Positions 38,254-46,715 of a stretch of DNA of 64,000 nucleotides are shown here, piece after piece. Under the pieces are notes generated by a model that had not been told where the DNA came from, made no database searches, and saw nothing but the letters and a program-made list of their open reading frames with translations. Position numbers and translations under genes: made by a program. Source of the stretch: Bacteroidota bacterium (GTDB lineage: Bacteria; Bacteroidota; Bacteroidia; Bacteroidales; JAAUTT01); NCBI GenBank assembly GCA_030706405.1, contig JAUZOO010000002.1, forward strand, positions 65,167 through 129,166, written 5' to 3'. The first letter of the stretch is position 1; the number at the start of each line of letters is the position of its first letter.

Positions 38254-38312
38254 ATTTAGAAGGGATAAACCGTTTTTGGGATGCTCCTTCTAAATTTAAA
38301 CAAAGAAGGAGG
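38254..38312 (+). promoter_or_regulatory. Leader with mutually exclusive hairpins that expose or sequester a strong Shine-Dalgarno sequence
   Basis: ATTTAGAAGG (38254..38263) pairs with CCTTCTAAAT (38286..38295). Alternatively, CTCCTTCT (38284..38291) pairs with AGAAGGAG (38304..38311), the SD upstream of the ATG at 38319. Confidence 0.55.
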
Positions 38313-38318
38313 TTTATT

Positions 38319-39593
38319 ATGTCTTCGATTAAGACGTTTTATTTTAGCCGTATTTTAGGTATTAAAGTTATCAATGCAGCCGGCAAAGTTATTGGCAAAG
38401 TAAAAGACCTTTTATTAGATACCACTCCTATAAATCCGGACGATCCCATTGTACGCCCTAAAGTTGTTGGGGTGAAATTGAAGATTAATGGAGATTTTCA
38501 GGTATTCGACTTTCAGTATTTTGAAGTATCTAAGGTTAACCGTCGTATTCGCATAAGTTACGAAAAACTTGAAACTCTTTCCGAAACTGAGATAAATAAC
38601 GGACTTTTTCTGGCCGATGTCATTCTCGATAAGCAGATTGTAGATCTTAACGGTCGCAAACTCGTACGTGTTAATGATGTCCGTTTGGTAACCATTGCCG
38701 AAGGAACCTTTGCTATAGCCGTTGATGTTGGCATCGAAGGCCTGTTGCGGCGCATTGGGATTGCCAAAGAACTCAAGGCTGTACTTAAAGCAATGAGACT
38801 TAGCCTTCCTGCCAAGTTTATTCTTTGGGATGATGTTGAAACCATCGATTACAGCAATTTTAACATTAAACTGTCGAAAACATCATCGAAATTAAATACC
38901 CTTCACCCTTCGGACCTTGCTGATATTATCGAGGATTTAGGTAAACAATCGCGCGCAACCGTGTTCTCTTCGCTCGATGAAGAAACTGCCGCCGATGTAT
39001 TGGAAGAACTCGAAACTCATGCCCAGATTAATATCATCGAAAGCCTTCCGGTAGAAAAAATGGCCGATGTGCTTGAGAAGATGCCTGCCGATGAGGTTGC
39101 CGACATCCTCGATGAGTTGGAAGACGAAAAAGCCGAAATGCTGTTGAAGGAAATGGAAGCCGAATCGTCGCAGGAAGTTCGTGAACTACTCGAATATCCC
39201 GATAATACTGTGGGGAGCATCATGAGTACCGAGTTTGTATCATACTATGAATCGCTGACCGTAGGCGATGTTCTTGAGGATTTTCGTCAGAAAAAACCAG
39301 ACTCCGAAGCATTATATAATCTCTTTGTTACCAATGAGAAAGAAGAACTCGTGGCTACCGTTTCCTTACGCGATTTAATCATATCGTACCCCGAAGTCAA
39401 ACTTAGCGAGATTATGGAGGAAACTCCGGTAACGTTATTCGACGATCAAAAGGTGGACGAAATTGCCGAAATTATTTCGAAGTACAACCTGCTGGCGATC
39501 CCGGTGGTTGACCATCAGAACCAGTTGCAGGGAATGGTGGTTATCAACGACGTAGTTGAAGATTTAATTAACGAACGCAGAACGAACAGGTAA
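38319..39593 (+). CDS. Soluble PRC-barrel x2 + MgtE N-domain + CBS-pair protein (MgtE cytosolic sensor module without a transmembrane domain)
   Basis: LHPSDLADIIEDL...AADVLEEL...MPADEVADILDEL acidic MgtE_N repeats followed by a CBS pair. The protein ends where the MgtE membrane domain would begin. Confidence 0.8.
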   Translation: MSSIKTFYFSRILGIKVINAAGKVIGKVKDLLLDTTPINPDDPIVRPKVVGVKLKINGDFQVFDFQYFEVSKVNRRIRISYEKLETLSETEINNGLFLADVILDKQIVDLNGRKLVRVNDVRLVTIAEGTFAIAVDVGIEGLLRRIGIAKELKAVLKAMRLSLPAKFILWDDVETIDYSNFNIKLSKTSSKLNTLHPSDLADIIEDLGKQSRATVFSSLDEETAADVLEELETHAQINIIESLPVEKMADVLEKMPADEVADILDELEDEKAEMLLKEMEAESSQEVRELLEYPDNTVGSIMSTEFVSYYESLTVGDVLEDFRQKKPDSEALYNLFVTNEKEELVATVSLRDLIISYPEVKLSEIMEETPVTLFDDQKVDEIAEIISKYNLLAIPVVDHQNQLQGMVVINDVVEDLINERRTNR

Positions 39594-39609
39594 TAGGGGA
39601 GGTTGTAAG

Positions 39610-40860
39610 ATGTTTAAATTGGGAATTCAAAAAAATATTTTCAGAAGAATAGCTTTGTTTTTGGCTATTTTAGGACCAGGCATCATCACCGGGAGTGTTG
39701 ATAATGATGCCGGCGGAATAACGGTATATTCTGTGGCAGGGGCTACATACGGTTATAATCTACTTTGGACGCTGATTCCTGCGTTTATTGTGCTTGTGGT
39801 TATTCAGGAGATGAATGCTCGCATGGGGATTGTTACCGGTAAGGGACTGGCCGATTTAATTCGCGAAAATGCGGGGGTAAAAGTCACCTTTTTTATCTTC
39901 ATTGGATTGTTAATTGCCGATATTGGCAATACTACCACCGAATTTGCCGGGGTTGCGGGTAGTATGGAGGTTTTTGGTGTCAGTAAATATATTTCTGTTC
40001 CTATTGCTGCTGCTATGGTGTGGATATTGGTGGTGAAAGGGACGTATGTAATTGCTGAACGTATATTTCTCATATTCAGTGTGTCGTTGCTTACGTATGT
40101 GGTATCGGCGATTATGGGAAAACCTCATTGGGGCGAAATCGGTGCTGCAGTTGTTCATCCCCAGCTTCCTGTAAACTCTACCAGCCTGGCTATGATTATT
40201 GGGATTATCGGTACTACAATTGCCCCGTGGATGCAGTTTTACATGCAGTCGTCGGTTATTGAAAAGGGCTTGAAAATGAAAAATTTTAAGTATTCGATGA
40301 TCGATATTGTGGTGGGATGTGTTGCAACCGTGGTGGTGGCATTTTTTATCATCGTGGCGTGTGCCTCAACCCTTCACGAAAAGGGTATTAAAATTGAAGA
40401 AGCCAAGGATGCTGCGATGGCCCTGCAACCTCTGGCTGGAGCTCTTGCCGGACAGGTTTTTGCCTTTGGGTTGTTTATTGCATCCATATTTTCGGCGACT
40501 ATTTTGCCACTAGCTACGGCTTTTTATGTTTGTGAAGCATTTGGCTTTGAGGCTGGCATTGATAAAAAGTGGGAAGAAGCTCCGGAATTTTATGTTTTAT
40601 ATACAGCCATATTGGTTATTGCCGCGGCCATCATCCTTATTCCCAGCGCACCGTTAATAACCATTTCGGTATGGTCGCAGGTGCTCAATGGGTTGTTGTT
40701 ACCGGTGGTGCTGTTGTGTATGATTTTGCTAGTAAACAACAAGAAAATTATGGGCGAATACACTAACAAACCTTTAAATAATATTATTGGTTGGGGTGCT
40801 GTAATTGTGCTGATAGTATTGTCACTTATGCTATTGGTATTGCCATTGTTCAGTAAATAA
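39610..40860 (+). CDS. NRAMP/SLC11-family transporter with NRMT-type (Mg-transporter-like) site substitutions
   Basis: GPGIITGSVDNDAGG replaces the DPGN motif. GTTIAPWMQF replaces GAxxMPH. 416 aa, polytopic. Confidence 0.8.
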   Translation: MFKLGIQKNIFRRIALFLAILGPGIITGSVDNDAGGITVYSVAGATYGYNLLWTLIPAFIVLVVIQEMNARMGIVTGKGLADLIRENAGVKVTFFIFIGLLIADIGNTTTEFAGVAGSMEVFGVSKYISVPIAAAMVWILVVKGTYVIAERIFLIFSVSLLTYVVSAIMGKPHWGEIGAAVVHPQLPVNSTSLAMIIGIIGTTIAPWMQFYMQSSVIEKGLKMKNFKYSMIDIVVGCVATVVVAFFIIVACASTLHEKGIKIEEAKDAAMALQPLAGALAGQVFAFGLFIASIFSATILPLATAFYVCEAFGFEAGIDKKWEEAPEFYVLYTAILVIAAAIILIPSAPLITISVWSQVLNGLLLPVVLLCMILLVNNKKIMGEYTNKPLNNIIGWGAVIVLIVLSLMLLVLPLFSK

Positions 40861-40866
40861 ACTTTT

Positions 40867-40926
40867 TAAGACATAAACAAGAAGAGCGACAATGTTTTGA
40901 TTGCCGCTCTTCTTGTTTATGTCTTA
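40867..40926 (+). terminator. Long perfect hairpin after the NRAMP gene
   Basis: 22-bp perfect stem (40867..40888 with 40905..40926) and a 16-nt loop. There is no clear T-run. Confidence 0.6.
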
Positions 40927-41014
40927 TGCGTTCTTCGATTTATATTAAACTAAACCAATTTATCGTTTTGTTATTGAAAAAAGTAGTCTTATTTTTGACT
41001 TTCACACTCCGTTA

Positions 41015-41908
41015 ATGATTCATTATCTCAGCCATTATCAGATTGATAAAGAAAAATGGGACGAATGTATAGGTAATTCCCCCAACCGTTTGGTGTATGG
41101 CTTTGCGTGGTTCCTTGATATTGTTTCGCCAGGTTGGGAAGCTTTGGTAGAGGATGATTACCGAAGTGTTATGCCCTTGCCGTCGAAACAGAAATATGGG
41201 CTACATTATCTTATTCAACCACGGTTTACCCAGCAATTGGGCATTTTTAGCCCCCAGCCGGTAACCCGGGAAACAGTGCGATCTTTTTTAAGGCGTATTC
41301 CTAAAAAGTTTGTTTGGTGCAACATCAATCTAAACCAGGCAAATTGTGAGGAAACAATTTTCAAGTTTACGTTACGGACCAATTACGAACTGGATTTGCA
41401 GGCCGGATATGAGAACATAGTTAAACGTTACAACGAAAATACCCGACGGAATCTTAAAAAGGCCGCATCTTCGGGAATTAACGTTGAACTTTCCGATGAT
41501 ACAGCGTTTTTTGTTGAACTTTATCAACAACAGTCAAACGTAAAACACGAGGGGATTGCAATTGAGCAGTTTTATCAATTAATTCAAAAAAGTTTTGATA
41601 AGGGGATTGGAAGAATTGCGTTGGCTAAAAATGTCCGCAACGAAATTGTGGCCGGAGCTTTTTACTTGGAGGACAGGGAGCGGCTGATTTACTTGGCATC
41701 GTTTACCACTTCCTGGGGACAGGATGCTTCTGCCATGTTCCTGATTATGGACAGAATGATAGAAGGGAGTCTTTCTCAATTCAATATTTTTGATTTTGAA
41801 GGTTCGATGGTTCCCGGTATTGCCCGGTTTTTTAAAGGGTTTGGTGCAATACAAAGAGATTATCCGCAATTTTCTTATAAATTGGTTAATCCATTGTTGT
41901 TTGTTTAA
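41015..41908 (+). CDS. FemAB/CelD-like acyl-CoA N-acyltransferase-fold protein
   Basis: The C-terminal FDFEGSMVPGIARFFKGFGA motif resembles the Acetyltransf_6/FemAB families. Assignment is tentative. Confidence 0.45.
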   Translation: MIHYLSHYQIDKEKWDECIGNSPNRLVYGFAWFLDIVSPGWEALVEDDYRSVMPLPSKQKYGLHYLIQPRFTQQLGIFSPQPVTRETVRSFLRRIPKKFVWCNINLNQANCEETIFKFTLRTNYELDLQAGYENIVKRYNENTRRNLKKAASSGINVELSDDTAFFVELYQQQSNVKHEGIAIEQFYQLIQKSFDKGIGRIALAKNVRNEIVAGAFYLEDRERLIYLASFTTSWGQDASAMFLIMDRMIEGSLSQFNIFDFEGSMVPGIARFFKGFGAIQRDYPQFSYKLVNPLLFV

Positions 41909-41956
41909 CTATTTTGTTTAGTTTTATACTAAAAGTTATAATTAATTCAAGATTAA

Positions 41957-43429
41957 ATGTTAGCATTAAAATTTCTTTCGCATTACTGGAAATCGGTGTT
42001 TCGTAATGCTATCTGGCGAAGGAACCTGGGCTCTAAGATTATGATTGGTATCCTCTTTCTTTACTTTCTGGGAATTTTTATCGCACTAGGAATGTCTATC
42101 AAAAAGATACTGGCAGGTGTCGGCGGAAATCCGGTTACCGTTTTTAATTCGTACCTGATATGGTACTTTGTCATTGATTTATTGCTGCGATGCACCAGCC
42201 AATCATTGCCGACGATAGATGTTGTTCCTTATTTGCGGTTAAATATAAAACGAGGTAGTGTCGTTAAATATCTGTTGATAAAGGCTTTTGTCAGTGTGTT
42301 TAACTTTTTTCCCTGGATTGTACTTATTCCGTATATAATCAATGTTTTATCATATTCTGCAGGGCCCGGTGCTGTATTGTTTTTTGTTGTCGGTATGTTG
42401 CTGCTTATCATTTTGAACAATTACCTGGCAGTTTTTTTGAATTACCTTTCTCAACGTAACATTGCTTATTTCCTGATTCCGGTATTGTTGGCAACGGGTC
42501 TTTTTGCATTAAAGAAATCGGGTATTTCCGTTGAATCGTATTCGGCAAACCTTGGACGTCTCATTCTTAGTGGTAATGTTTGGTTGTTTATCTTGTTATT
42601 TGCCGCTATTGTGTTTGTGATATGGGCTTTGCAACGTATGCTCAGTGACAATTTTTATATCGACGATTTTAGAGCACGGAAAGAGAACAGGGCAGCTGTA
42701 GGGGTAATCGGAATGGGTGCATTTAATCGTTTTGGCCAAACTGGAAAATATATTGCATTGGAATTAAATATGTTACTCCGAAATAAGCGCACCCGGCAAG
42801 TACTTGTTTCGGTGGTGTTATTCTGGATAATTTTTGGCATTCAAATGTTGTATAATCCGCATAAAATATTCTTTCTGTTATTTGTTGTTTCCTTATCTTC
42901 TGTTAATTACGGACAGTTCTTATTTAGCTGGGAAAGTAGTTATTTTGACGGTATCATCTCCCGGAAAAATAACTTTGTTGATTATGTAAAGGCTAAATAT
43001 TATATCCTTTCGACATTGATAGTTCTTTCGTTTGTGCTGTTTTCAGGCGTGTCGCTAATCACCGGAAAAGTTGATTTCTTTATGTTATTGGCAATAACCT
43101 TGTTTTCATTGGGCATAGGTAATTTTTTCATTCTTTTCTTCGGAACTTACAATGATTCACGGATTTCTTTAAATCAAAGTCAGTTCTTTAATCATCAGGG
43201 CACACGGGCAAATACGTTTTTGCTGTCGTTAACGTTTATTCTTGTTCCACTGGGCGTTTATGGGTTAGCAATATGGCTTTTTAATGAGTTAGGAGCTAAA
43301 ATCATGCTTGGCGTTCCTGGTCTTATTATGTTGTTAACCCATAACTGGTGGATTTCCAATATTATCGCGCCTCGTTTCATGGCGCGTAAATACAAAAACC
43401 TCGAAGGTTTTCGTAAACTTCAATTTTAA
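41957..43429 (+). CDS. Polytopic membrane protein, putative permease partner of the downstream ABC ATPase (DUF5687-like)
   Basis: 490 aa with many hydrophobic helices. An 11-nt gap separates it from the ABC ATPase gene. Confidence 0.5.
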   Translation: MLALKFLSHYWKSVFRNAIWRRNLGSKIMIGILFLYFLGIFIALGMSIKKILAGVGGNPVTVFNSYLIWYFVIDLLLRCTSQSLPTIDVVPYLRLNIKRGSVVKYLLIKAFVSVFNFFPWIVLIPYIINVLSYSAGPGAVLFFVVGMLLLIILNNYLAVFLNYLSQRNIAYFLIPVLLATGLFALKKSGISVESYSANLGRLILSGNVWLFILLFAAIVFVIWALQRMLSDNFYIDDFRARKENRAAVGVIGMGAFNRFGQTGKYIALELNMLLRNKRTRQVLVSVVLFWIIFGIQMLYNPHKIFFLLFVVSLSSVNYGQFLFSWESSYFDGIISRKNNFVDYVKAKYYILSTLIVLSFVLFSGVSLITGKVDFFMLLAITLFSLGIGNFFILFFGTYNDSRISLNQSQFFNHQGTRANTFLLSLTFILVPLGVYGLAIWLFNELGAKIMLGVPGLIMLLTHNWWISNIIAPRFMARKYKNLEGFRKLQF

Positions 43430-43440
43430 AAAAAGGTAAT

Positions 43441-44157
43441 ATGATTTCAATAAAGAATTTAGGCAAAGCTTATAATCAGCGGATTGTATTAAATATTGGC
43501 GAATTGACTATTAATAAAGGCGAAATATTCGGACTTGTAGGGAATAATGGTGCCGGAAAAACGACCTTATTCCGGCTTATCCTTGATTTGATCCGCGCCG
43601 ACAGAGGCGAAGTTATTTCAGGAGAATTACCGGTTTCGAAGTCGGAACACTGGAAAGCTTACACAGCCTCGTACCTCGACGAAGGTTTTCTTATCGATTA
43701 TCTCACCCCCGAAGAGTTCTTTTATTTTGTCGGGAGCACGTATAACCTTACCAAACGTGACGTGGACGATAAGCTTGCATCATTTCAGGGTTTCTTTAAC
43801 GGTGAAGTACTTGGTATGCACCGGAAGTTTATTCGTGATTTTTCGAAAGGAAATAAACAAAAAATTGGTATTGTGTCTGCCTTGATAATTGAACCGGAAG
43901 TTATTCTTTTGGACGAACCGTTTAATGGCCTCGATCCAACTTCTCAGATTCTTCTGAAACGTATTTTGGTTGATTTTAATAAGAAATATGGAACAACCAT
44001 TGTGATTTCCAGTCATGACCTGAACCATATAACTGAGATTTGCCAGCGCATAGCCCTGATGGAGAAGGGGGCGATTATTAAAGATTTACAGAGTGACGGG
44101 AATATACTGGCTGAACTCGAAAGCTATTTTGCTGCGGATAAGGTTTGGGAATTGTAA
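43441..44157 (+). CDS. ABC transporter ATP-binding protein
   Basis: Walker A GNNGAGKTT, Walker B ILLDEP and a degenerate signature FSKGNKQK. Confidence 0.85.
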   Translation: MISIKNLGKAYNQRIVLNIGELTINKGEIFGLVGNNGAGKTTLFRLILDLIRADRGEVISGELPVSKSEHWKAYTASYLDEGFLIDYLTPEEFFYFVGSTYNLTKRDVDDKLASFQGFFNGEVLGMHRKFIRDFSKGNKQKIGIVSALIIEPEVILLDEPFNGLDPTSQILLKRILVDFNKKYGTTIVISSHDLNHITEICQRIALMEKGAIIKDLQSDGNILAELESYFAADKVWEL

Positions 44158-44166
44158 AATGCTGGT

Positions 44167-44793
44167 TTATTTGTTTTTGTTTCCTGTTACTACCCCAACA
44201 ATATCTTTTACAGGGATAAAGCCCATTTGGCGTGAATCGGCGGCTTCATCGCGGTTGTCGCCCAACACAAAGCAATAGCCTTGAGGTACCACTACCGGCC
44301 CATAACAACGGTCGTTCCACGCATTATTCCGGCGGAGTTTATAATCGTAACTTAATGATTGAGCTTCGTTGTAGGAGAGGGTAAAGATGATGCGGTTATC
44401 TTTCGTTAGAGGTTTAACCATTAATGATGACATATCGGGAAGGGCTTTTATCTGTTCTTTTTTGAGGTAGTATGTAAACATGAGGTTTTTAGGATTGTCG
44501 GCAACGAAATGGTTACGGAGCAAACGCCCGTCGTTAATTTCGATGGTATCGCCAGCCAGTCCGGCAATACGGTGAAATGTTATGGGTGAGCCTGGCAGGA
44601 ATGAAGCTTTATAGCAAATTATATTGTTATAGGTAAAGTGTTTTAAGTTGCTAACCAGTACCCAATCGTCTTGTTGATAAAAAGGTAGCATGTCGTTCGA
44701 CTGAATACGGTAAAATGAGGCAATATGGGTAATGTGTCCTGTTACTATTACGGTGATGATACAAATAACTGATATGGCAATTTTTCTGAGCAT
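44167..44793 (-). CDS. S26 signal-peptidase-I homolog with substituted catalytic residues
   Basis: Box E GDNRDEAADSR and box D FHRIAGLAGD are recognisable. Start moved to the ATG at 44793 because the upstream extension translates a palindromic repeat. Confidence 0.7.
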   Translation of the reverse strand: MLRKIAISVICIITVIVTGHITHIASFYRIQSNDMLPFYQQDDWVLVSNLKHFTYNNIICYKASFLPGSPITFHRIAGLAGDTIEINDGRLLRNHFVADNPKNLMFTYYLKKEQIKALPDMSSLMVKPLTKDNRIIFTLSYNEAQSLSYDYKLRRNNAWNDRCYGPVVVPQGYCFVLGDNRDEAADSRQMGFIPVKDIVGVVTGNKNK

Positions 44794-44815
44794 GCTCAAT
44801 ATTATTAAGCGAAAA

Positions 44816-44856
44816 ACGCGAAGTTGCAAAGTTATAAGTTCTTTGCAACTTCGCGT
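44816..44856. repeat. Palindromic ACGCGAAGTTGCAAAG element (copy 2)
   Basis: Perfect 16-bp stem (44816..44831 with 44841..44856) and a 9-nt loop. It lies between the beta-barrel gene stop and the S26 homolog start. Confidence 0.75.
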
Positions 44857-44872
44857 CATTGTATTTATATAA

Positions 44873-45436
44873 TCAAAATTTATAGGAAACGCCTAATTTA
44901 AGCCACGAGATGTCGTAACCGATTTCGGAGAAAGCTGCCCAGTTATTCGAGAAATAATAACGGGCACCGCCATAAATACCGGCAAAAACGCTGGTTCCAG
45001 TGCCTTTATCCCATTGGGTATTATTGATATTCCAAACTGGTGTAGAGTAAAACCTCAATCCCAATGAAATGCCGGCATACGTATCGAGTTTGTCGACTTC
45101 AACTATTCGAAAGTGAAGAGCAGCACGGGCTCCGAGATAAAAATCGCTCCAGCTATAATTATAGCCAAAACCGGATACGGAGTTACTTTTATAAGCAGCA
45201 ATACCGCCTATGGAGAGAATTCCAAGGTTGTCTATATTCTGTATACCTTTTTCCAAGCTAACACTAAGTGCAGGAGAACCCGATGACCCGTTTGACCAGG
45301 CATACCCTAAACCTAAACCAGCATTTAAAACCAAATCTCCATTGTTAAAAGCTTGTGCTTTAACCGGCGATACGGCTAATCCCATTATCGAAATCATACA
45401 GAATACCATCAGTGGTTTCATTAATTTTTTCATCAT
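44873..45436 (-). CDS. Small outer-membrane beta-barrel protein
   Basis: Signal peptide MMKKLMKPLMVFCMISIMGLAVSPVKAQA, alternating Gly/aromatic strands and C-terminal VSYKF. Start moved to the ATG at 45436. Confidence 0.7.
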   Translation of the reverse strand: MMKKLMKPLMVFCMISIMGLAVSPVKAQAFNNGDLVLNAGLGLGYAWSNGSSGSPALSVSLEKGIQNIDNLGILSIGGIAAYKSNSVSGFGYNYSWSDFYLGARAALHFRIVEVDKLDTYAGISLGLRFYSTPVWNINNTQWDKGTGTSVFAGIYGGARYYFSNNWAAFSEIGYDISWLKLGVSYKF

Positions 45437-45518
45437 ACGTTCAATTTTAATAATTCTATTTAAAATGATATACAAATATAAAGGCTTTTGATGAACCTTC
45501 AAGCAAGAATGATGCCAC

Positions 45519-46715
45519 TTATGGCGTAGCTGTTGCGTTGTAGCCGTATAATGCCGAAATTTGCCGGGCAACAGCCTTAGCACTAAATTGTTTCAAAGCA
45601 AAATTTCGGATTGCCTGTGCGTCATATTCTGTATAATGGTTGAGCATATAGTTGATGGCTTGGACAAATTCAGCTTCGTTTCCGGGAGGTACGAGTATAC
45701 CTGTCGACGTGGTAACTATTTCGGCAATGCCTCCAACATCGGTTGATACAACCGGTTTTCCGCAGGCAAAGGACTCGGCAATTACCACCGGCATATTTTC
45801 GTAATTGCTAAAAAGTATGGTAAAGGCTGATTGATTATAAATGTTGATGAGTTCTTTTCCTTCTTTTAAACCGGTGAACCGGATGTAATTGTTATTTATG
45901 CCCAGATAAGACGCTAATTCTTCGGCCGCCAGCCTGTCAGGTCCATCTCCAACCATCATGCAAATGAAGTCGTTACGCTGTTTTGAAAGTTTATGAACAG
46001 CGCGAACAATTCCCACTGTGTTTTTTGCTTGGTTGTCAAAACACGATATGTGGATGAATACTGTTGGTTTTGGCTGAGAATGAATAATCGGACTGTTAAA
46101 AAAATCGTCACTAACTACGTTGTTTGTAATGACGAAATGTGGGTGGTGGATGTGGCACCGTTGCATCATTTCTTTGAGATTACGCGACACTACCGATATG
46201 CCACTGCTATGTTTTACAACCACATTGGTCATTATCTTCCGGATAATTCCTTTATAAGCATTTCTCGTCGGGTTGTATCTCGACCAATGTTCAGTGATAA
46301 CATATGGAATTCCATGTCGGATTTTAAGGTACAGCGCAAAAACTCCAACTCGTGTCAGGATATTTACGTGTATGAAGTGAGGCAAACCGTAATGCTTTTT
46401 TATAGATGAAAACCCGAGGATATGGGCCTTGAAAAATCGTACGAATTTTAGAAGAAGGCTAAATAAAGGAAGCTTTGTTTTTATTTTTTGGTAATAAACA
46501 ATGGTAGTAAATACGCCGTTTTTAAACGACGATTCTATCTGGTAATGTTGAGAAAAATTTTCTACAGGATGGGTATAAAGTACTGCCACATTAAAATCTG
46601 CCGACATGGTTTCTGCATGTCGCTTTACAAACAATCCCGGCATGGGATCGTAGCGGTTGGGATACCATGCCGAAAGAAAAAGGACCTTTTTTTTCAATGA
46701 TTTACCTGCCTGCAT
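45519..46715 (-). CDS. GT4-family glycosyltransferase
   Basis: C-terminal E-x7-E-like region (ENMPVVIAESFACGKPVVSTDVGG). Confidence 0.8.
   Translation of the reverse strand: MQAGKSLKKKVLFLSAWYPNRYDPMPGLFVKRHAETMSADFNVAVLYTHPVENFSQHYQIESSFKNGVFTTIVYYQKIKTKLPLFSLLLKFVRFFKAHILGFSSIKKHYGLPHFIHVNILTRVGVFALYLKIRHGIPYVITEHWSRYNPTRNAYKGIIRKIMTNVVVKHSSGISVVSRNLKEMMQRCHIHHPHFVITNNVVSDDFFNSPIIHSQPKPTVFIHISCFDNQAKNTVGIVRAVHKLSKQRNDFICMMVGDGPDRLAAEELASYLGINNNYIRFTGLKEGKELINIYNQSAFTILFSNYENMPVVIAESFACGKPVVSTDVGGIAEIVTTSTGILVPPGNEAEFVQAINYMLNHYTEYDAQAIRNFALKQFSAKAVARQISALYGYNATATP

Noticed and set aside
38191-38318. Known metal riboswitch (M-box or yybP-ykoY) upstream of the MgtE_N-CBS/NRAMP operon
   Set aside because: The leader is only about 125 nt, and I could not find the conserved cores that I remember for these classes. 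It is kept as an unclassified leader. An Rfam scan is still needed.
44794-44859. N-terminal extensions in the ORF track (S26 homolog, E1, GntR, glyA, receiver protein, beta-barrel 44873..45583, MBL hydrolase, rlmI, TPR protein)
   Set aside because: The extensions start at non-ATG codons or far-upstream codons. They run through hairpins or promoter regions, or they precede an obvious signal peptide or a conserved N-terminus. Starts were moved to the internal ATG.
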